Origin: Prasinococcaceae sp. CCMP 1430
Taxonomy: Eukaryota > Plantae > Prasinodermophyta
NCBI GenBank assembly: GCA_013416795.1
Contig: RQSC01000005.1
Location: 163,878-192,521 of the forward strand
Direction: 5' to 3'
Length of the DNA: 28,644 bases
The translations under genes and the position numbers were made by a program. The notes beneath the pieces are model-generated. The model was not told the DNA's origin and made no database searches. It saw nothing but the letters and a program-made list of their open reading frames with translations. This document shows, one piece after another, positions 24,649-28,644 of this stretch; the first letter of the stretch is position 1; every line of letters starts with the position of its first letter.

Positions 24649-27600
24649 CTATTTGAACGTTTTACGCCTGTGGCGCGCCGAGCCCTCCACCAACTTGGGC
24701 ATCTGCGCCCTGAGCGCACCTTTCTTGATGCCTTCAGTAGCGACGGCCACCGCACTGCCAACGGCACCCGGCGTCATAGTGGCTCGCCGCTCAGCGCATG
24801 AGCGCCGCGCGAGGTAGCCACGAGCATGCGCTTGGATTTTCGTCGCCGCCGCGTTGCGCTCAGCGTTGAGCTGCGCGAGCCATGCCTCCACCTCGCCTGG
24901 GTCGCGCCAGTTTATGGATGGGGCTTGCTCGCTGTGGCCGTACTTCCAAGTGGCTTTCATACGCACGCGGAGCTTGCCGCGCCCGCCGGACGCTTCCAGC
25001 GGTACCCACAGGTCGACGGTCGTGTTCGGGGGTGCCCTAATCACCTGGGGGTTGTGGTTCTCGCTGCGATACCCTGCGTAGGAGTAGTACGCCCCACCGT
25101 CGGGCGCCCAGTTGACATTGACTATGCATTGACCGAGCAGCGGCGAGGTCAGGCGGCCCTTATTGCGCACCGAGAAACACCAGTAATCCGTCGCCGGAAA
25201 TGTATTCGGGCAACTGAATGTGGCCGGCACTTCGCCCGCCCAGCGCACGTAACCCGAGGGCGTCGTGATGGCCTGCACCTTGCGCTCCTTGACTGGGCTG
25301 CCCCAATCTGTCCAAGCAGCGGAACGCAGGCAGCAGGCGTGTCAGCGCGGGGCAAACACGCAGAGGAAAAAGGAGGGGACCGGGACCACGCGCGCTTGAG
25401 CGCGCGTGACGTGCTTGCACGCGCACGCACGGAAGTCCACCATCGGTCGGAGCTTCGCCGGTCCTTCGTCCAGGGCCATCGTCACCGTGCGCGCGTCCAT
25501 AGAGCTCGTGTGGCATCCGAGCTTTCTCGTCGAACGTCGCACGTTGAGCATCTTCCCGACGGCACACTTTGGCGCATCCGCTTCGGCGCCAGCCTGGAGG
25601 ATGTCGCCGAGCGTCAGGCGGCACTGGCCCAGGCACTCGTCTATGGCCTCGTCGTCATCGAAGACCGTACACTCGAGCTGCGCCTCGGAAATAGATGTGC
25701 ACGATGAGGCGATTGGAAAAGCGAAGATCTCACCCCACTCAGGGTTGAGGTCGTCTTCGATCGTCCTTGTGTAATGGACTGCCCCGCCGAGCTCGACCAC
25801 CACGTATGGATCGCTTAGGTTTCCTGGGCCCTCATCTAAGTTGAGCAGTTGGCGAGCACCATCGACGCGGACGAACAAGTACGCGGCGTGGCGTTTCATC
25901 GACGTCGCTCTGGAGAGCTTCATCGCTTTGGCCGCCTGGCGATCGAGCTCGTTGCCCGCCTGCTCGACGGGGCTGGCCGCGCGGGCGTCAGAAGGCGCAC
26001 CATTGCCGTTGATGGCTGATGCTCTTGCATCGAGCAGGACCGCGTCCATGTCAGCGCCATGCTCGCCGCCGTTGGCGGCGTGGGATGCGCTGGAAGCCCC
26101 CGTCGCGGTCCCAACATCGACGATGTACGCGGCCATCTTAACATCGCCAGCGACGGAACTGCGAGCGCTGCGCTGCTCAAGGCGCCGCCAGATCGGTCGC
26201 GTGGCGGAGTCCGTGTCAACTCCCGCCGCCTGCAGGCGCTTGCGCCGGTCGCTCTCGGCCTGGAGCATTTTCAGTGAAAGCGACACTTGGCCGAGAAACT
26301 CGTCGCTCCCAATAAAGTCTTCGTCAAAAAGCCTGACCATGACCATGCTCGGGCGCGCGGTGTCTACCTCTATGTCAAACGTCGTATTCCACTCGGGGTT
26401 CAAAGACCGATAGACCGTCTTCGTTTTGACAGGCTCGCTCTGTCCCGTCACATACACTTCCGCGTAGGGGTCGCTCGTCCCGCCGGCATCCTTGGCGAGC
26501 AGTTCGCGCGCCTCCGCGAGATGCACGCGCAGGACCGACCTGCCAGGTGTCACGTCCGACGCGTATTCAGTCTTTGCGATGTGCCTCTCGTCTAGTCCCA
26601 TGTGGATGAGATCGTTGTGGTTGCCGACCCAGACTGAGAGGTCGAGGAATCCTCGCCCAGTCTCTTCCTCGCCCCTGCCCGAGAGCGTTCTCCCGATCGC
26701 TCGCGGTGAAATAGGCGCCGGCGTGCCTCCGCGACCAAAACAGCCGAGCATACCATTGCTAGTCTTCGACGCCAGCGTCACGACTTCTTCCCCTCCCTTG
26801 CCGGCCAGTCTCGCGGCGCGCTGCTGCCACGGGCTCTGCGACGAGCCGTAGTCTCCGTCCTCCGACCTTTTTGCGATGCTGACAGTGGCCTCCGATGTGC
26901 CCACTTGCTTCTGCTTGATACCAGCGGCCTCGACCACCGTGACCTCCACCAAACCGAACGATGGCGTAGGCTTGTCCTGCGGCAACGGCGGCGGCAGAAA
27001 CGTGGGCATGAACCTCGGCCAAACGTAGCCCTCGGCGAGAACCTCGTTGATGATTGTTTCGACGAGCCCCTGCACGCCGGGCAAATCAGTCAACGAAAGG
27101 TTCACCCGCGTCTGCTTGATGCGCCCCTGCAGGTGGAGGCCCATCTGCAGCGCGGGCGTGTCCGTGAGGGCCGCGAGCACGGCGTTGTCTGCGGGGCGCA
27201 ACCGCAGCCTGGCGACGCCGTCAACGCGCAGGTTCGTGACAGTCACGAAGATCTTGGCGTTCTTCGAGCGGAAGATCGCCCGAAGAACACGGTTGGTTGC
27301 AATGTCCAATTCGATGCTGCACTTCAGGTCGTCGGAGATGAACTCAAATGCGCAGTCGACCAATGTGTCGGGAGCCAGCGTGCGCTCGCCGGCGGCGGAG
27401 GTCTGATCGACCGTGCCCCCCTCGGGCACGGCGAACGAGCGGATGATTGGGGCAGATGTACCGAGGTTGACCTCGCCCATCTTGATCCCTTTCACCCATC
27501 CGGGGAACGTGGTCTTGGCGTCGGTAGCGTTCAGCATGGACTCCATCTTCGCGTCGAGGTAGGTGGCGGTCTCCGCGGCGGCGGTGGGTGCGATGGTCGA

Positions 27601-27924
27601 ATCCCACATGCGAGCGAGGGCGACGTTGAGCCACTCGACAGTCTCGCCTTCGCCAGCACGCAACACACTCAGTCTTCTCGCGAGCGCGAGCTCCCATTGT
27701 TTCCTCAGGCGCTCAAATCTCTGCTCCTCAAAGTGGGCACGCCGCGCGTCTCGCCATTTCCCATAGGCGTACTGCACGCCCACCACAGCGAGGGAGGTGC
27801 CGAGCGCCCAGAGCCCGCGGAACGCGCGCGTCACGAGGCGCTGGCGGGTGGCATCGTCGCCCCCATCGGCATCCTTCGGTCCCTTCTTCTCGGCGCCAGC
27901 GCGCGCCTTCGTCGCCTTTGGCAT
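24649..27924 (-). CDS. Extended synaptotagmin/tricalbin-like protein: TM, SMP, multiple C2 domains and an IQ motif; complement(join(24649..25307,25431..27924)), 1050 aa
   Basis: Hydrophobic anchor LWALGTSLAVVGVQYAYG; SMP hallmarks ETVEWLN..LARMW, LG..AP.I, LPGVQGLVETII...YVWP; two C2 domains with complete acidic sets (AKD..GTSDPY...LNPEWN...FDEDFIGSDEFLG; LDE..LSDPY...LNPEWG...FDDDEAIDECLG); IQAHARGYLARR. Intron 25308-25430 is in frame. Confidence 0.87.
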
Positions 27925-28612
27925 AGCGGCGAGCAGAACTCCCCGCCAGTGCCCGCGCGGAGCGGCCGCGCTGCGGCGGCGCGCGCGCGCGCGCGCGTGC
28001 GTGGATGCGAAAGCTCGGCCTCGTCTCCACCGCCGCAAGAAGGGGCAGCGCCCGACGCCCGCCCGCCCGCACGCGCGCGCACTGTCGCTCCTCGCTACCA
28101 TCAAGGCGCTGGAGGTGCAGTCTGCGCGCGCCCGCCGCCGCTGTGGCACCGCCTCCGCCTCCGCCGCACGCGCGCGGAAAAGCGCCGCCGCGTGCGCGCT
28201 CGCCATCAAATCGCACGCGGCCAAAACCCACACATACACCGCAGCGGCAAAACGGCAAAATGAAAAGGACGGAGAGCTCCGCGATGCGTCCGCTAATCGT
28301 TTCTCCGCGCCAATTCGCACGCGGCCGGCCGAAGAGGAGGCGAAAGGTCGCAGGAGCGCCGCGCGGCAATGAGCTGCCAATGAGCGCGTGCCAACAACAC
28401 ATTTCGTATTTTTTTTTTATTTTTATGCGATGCGATCCGATCGAGGCGGAAAAACAAAAGGACGTGAAAACGAAAGCGTCGCAGACTGCGCTGCGATGTG
28501 AGCGTGAGCCTCATTCAACGCGCGCGCTCGACGCGTGCGCTGGAAGGGTGTTCGAAATGAGGGCGGGCGCGGCTGGGGGGTGCCACTGTGCGTGCACGAC
28601 ACTGGCGTGACC

Positions 28613-28613
<1 letters not shown>

Positions 28614-28644
<31 letters not shown>
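28614..28644. repeat. Terminal poly-C homopolymer (31 nt)
   Basis: Uninterrupted C run reaching the last base of the window. Confidence 0.9.

Noticed and set aside
294-25430. Introner elements
   Set aside because: The introns share composition and length but not alignable sequence or terminal repeats.
27925-28402. Upstream coding extension of the synaptotagmin
   Set aside because: A plausible intron (27971-28082) breaks the frame from ATG 28206, and the alternative frame from 28402 is not protein-like. It is treated as 5' UTR.
28614-28644. Poly-C/G run as a functional G-quadruplex or telomeric end
   Set aside because: A pure homopolymer at the window end is most simply a contig-end or sequencing artefact, and it is not a telomere repeat.
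1-28644. Functionally linked gene cluster (two E3s, two lipid enzymes, two methyltransferases)
   Set aside because: The genes have mixed orientation, compartments and pathways, with no shared promoter motif seen. This is ordinary gene order in a compact genome.

Overview
Compact, very GC-rich eukaryotic nuclear sequence, most consistent with a green alga of prasinophyte grade. Evidence: plastid proteins with plain transit peptides and no ER signal, plant-type clade-H PP2C, Plsp1 and DUF760 homologues, GTGCGY/GTGAG donors, CTGAC branch points and UGUAA-like poly(A) signals. The species cannot be named from the sequence. I reconstruct 13 protein-coding genes with 13 frame-consistent GT-AG introns of 98-163 bp: a SAM methyltransferase, a transmembrane ankyrin/RING-H2 E3, a PP2C, LRRC49, TRM10, thylakoid signal peptidase, a bZIP factor, a SIM-RING-UBC (BIRC6-type E2) chimera, an LCAT/PLA2G15-like lipase, a PIG3-like quinone oxidoreductase, a small TPR-like protein, a DUF760 protein and an SMP-C2 extended synaptotagmin. 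I found no tRNA, rRNA, CRISPR array or recognisable transposon. The strongest leads are unusual domain architectures: (1) a single-chain candidate SUMO-targeted E2-E3, (2) a receptor-like TM-ankyrin-RING ligase that only appears after splicing two ORFs, (3) an extended synaptotagmin with a C-terminal IQ motif, and (4) a PP2C ending in a CaaX box. Non-coding leads are a telo-box-like cluster, strand-specific 3'-UTR hairpins and a recurrent A/T-tract plus GC-hairpin arrangement. All family assignments come from motif recognition by eye; no database search was run.
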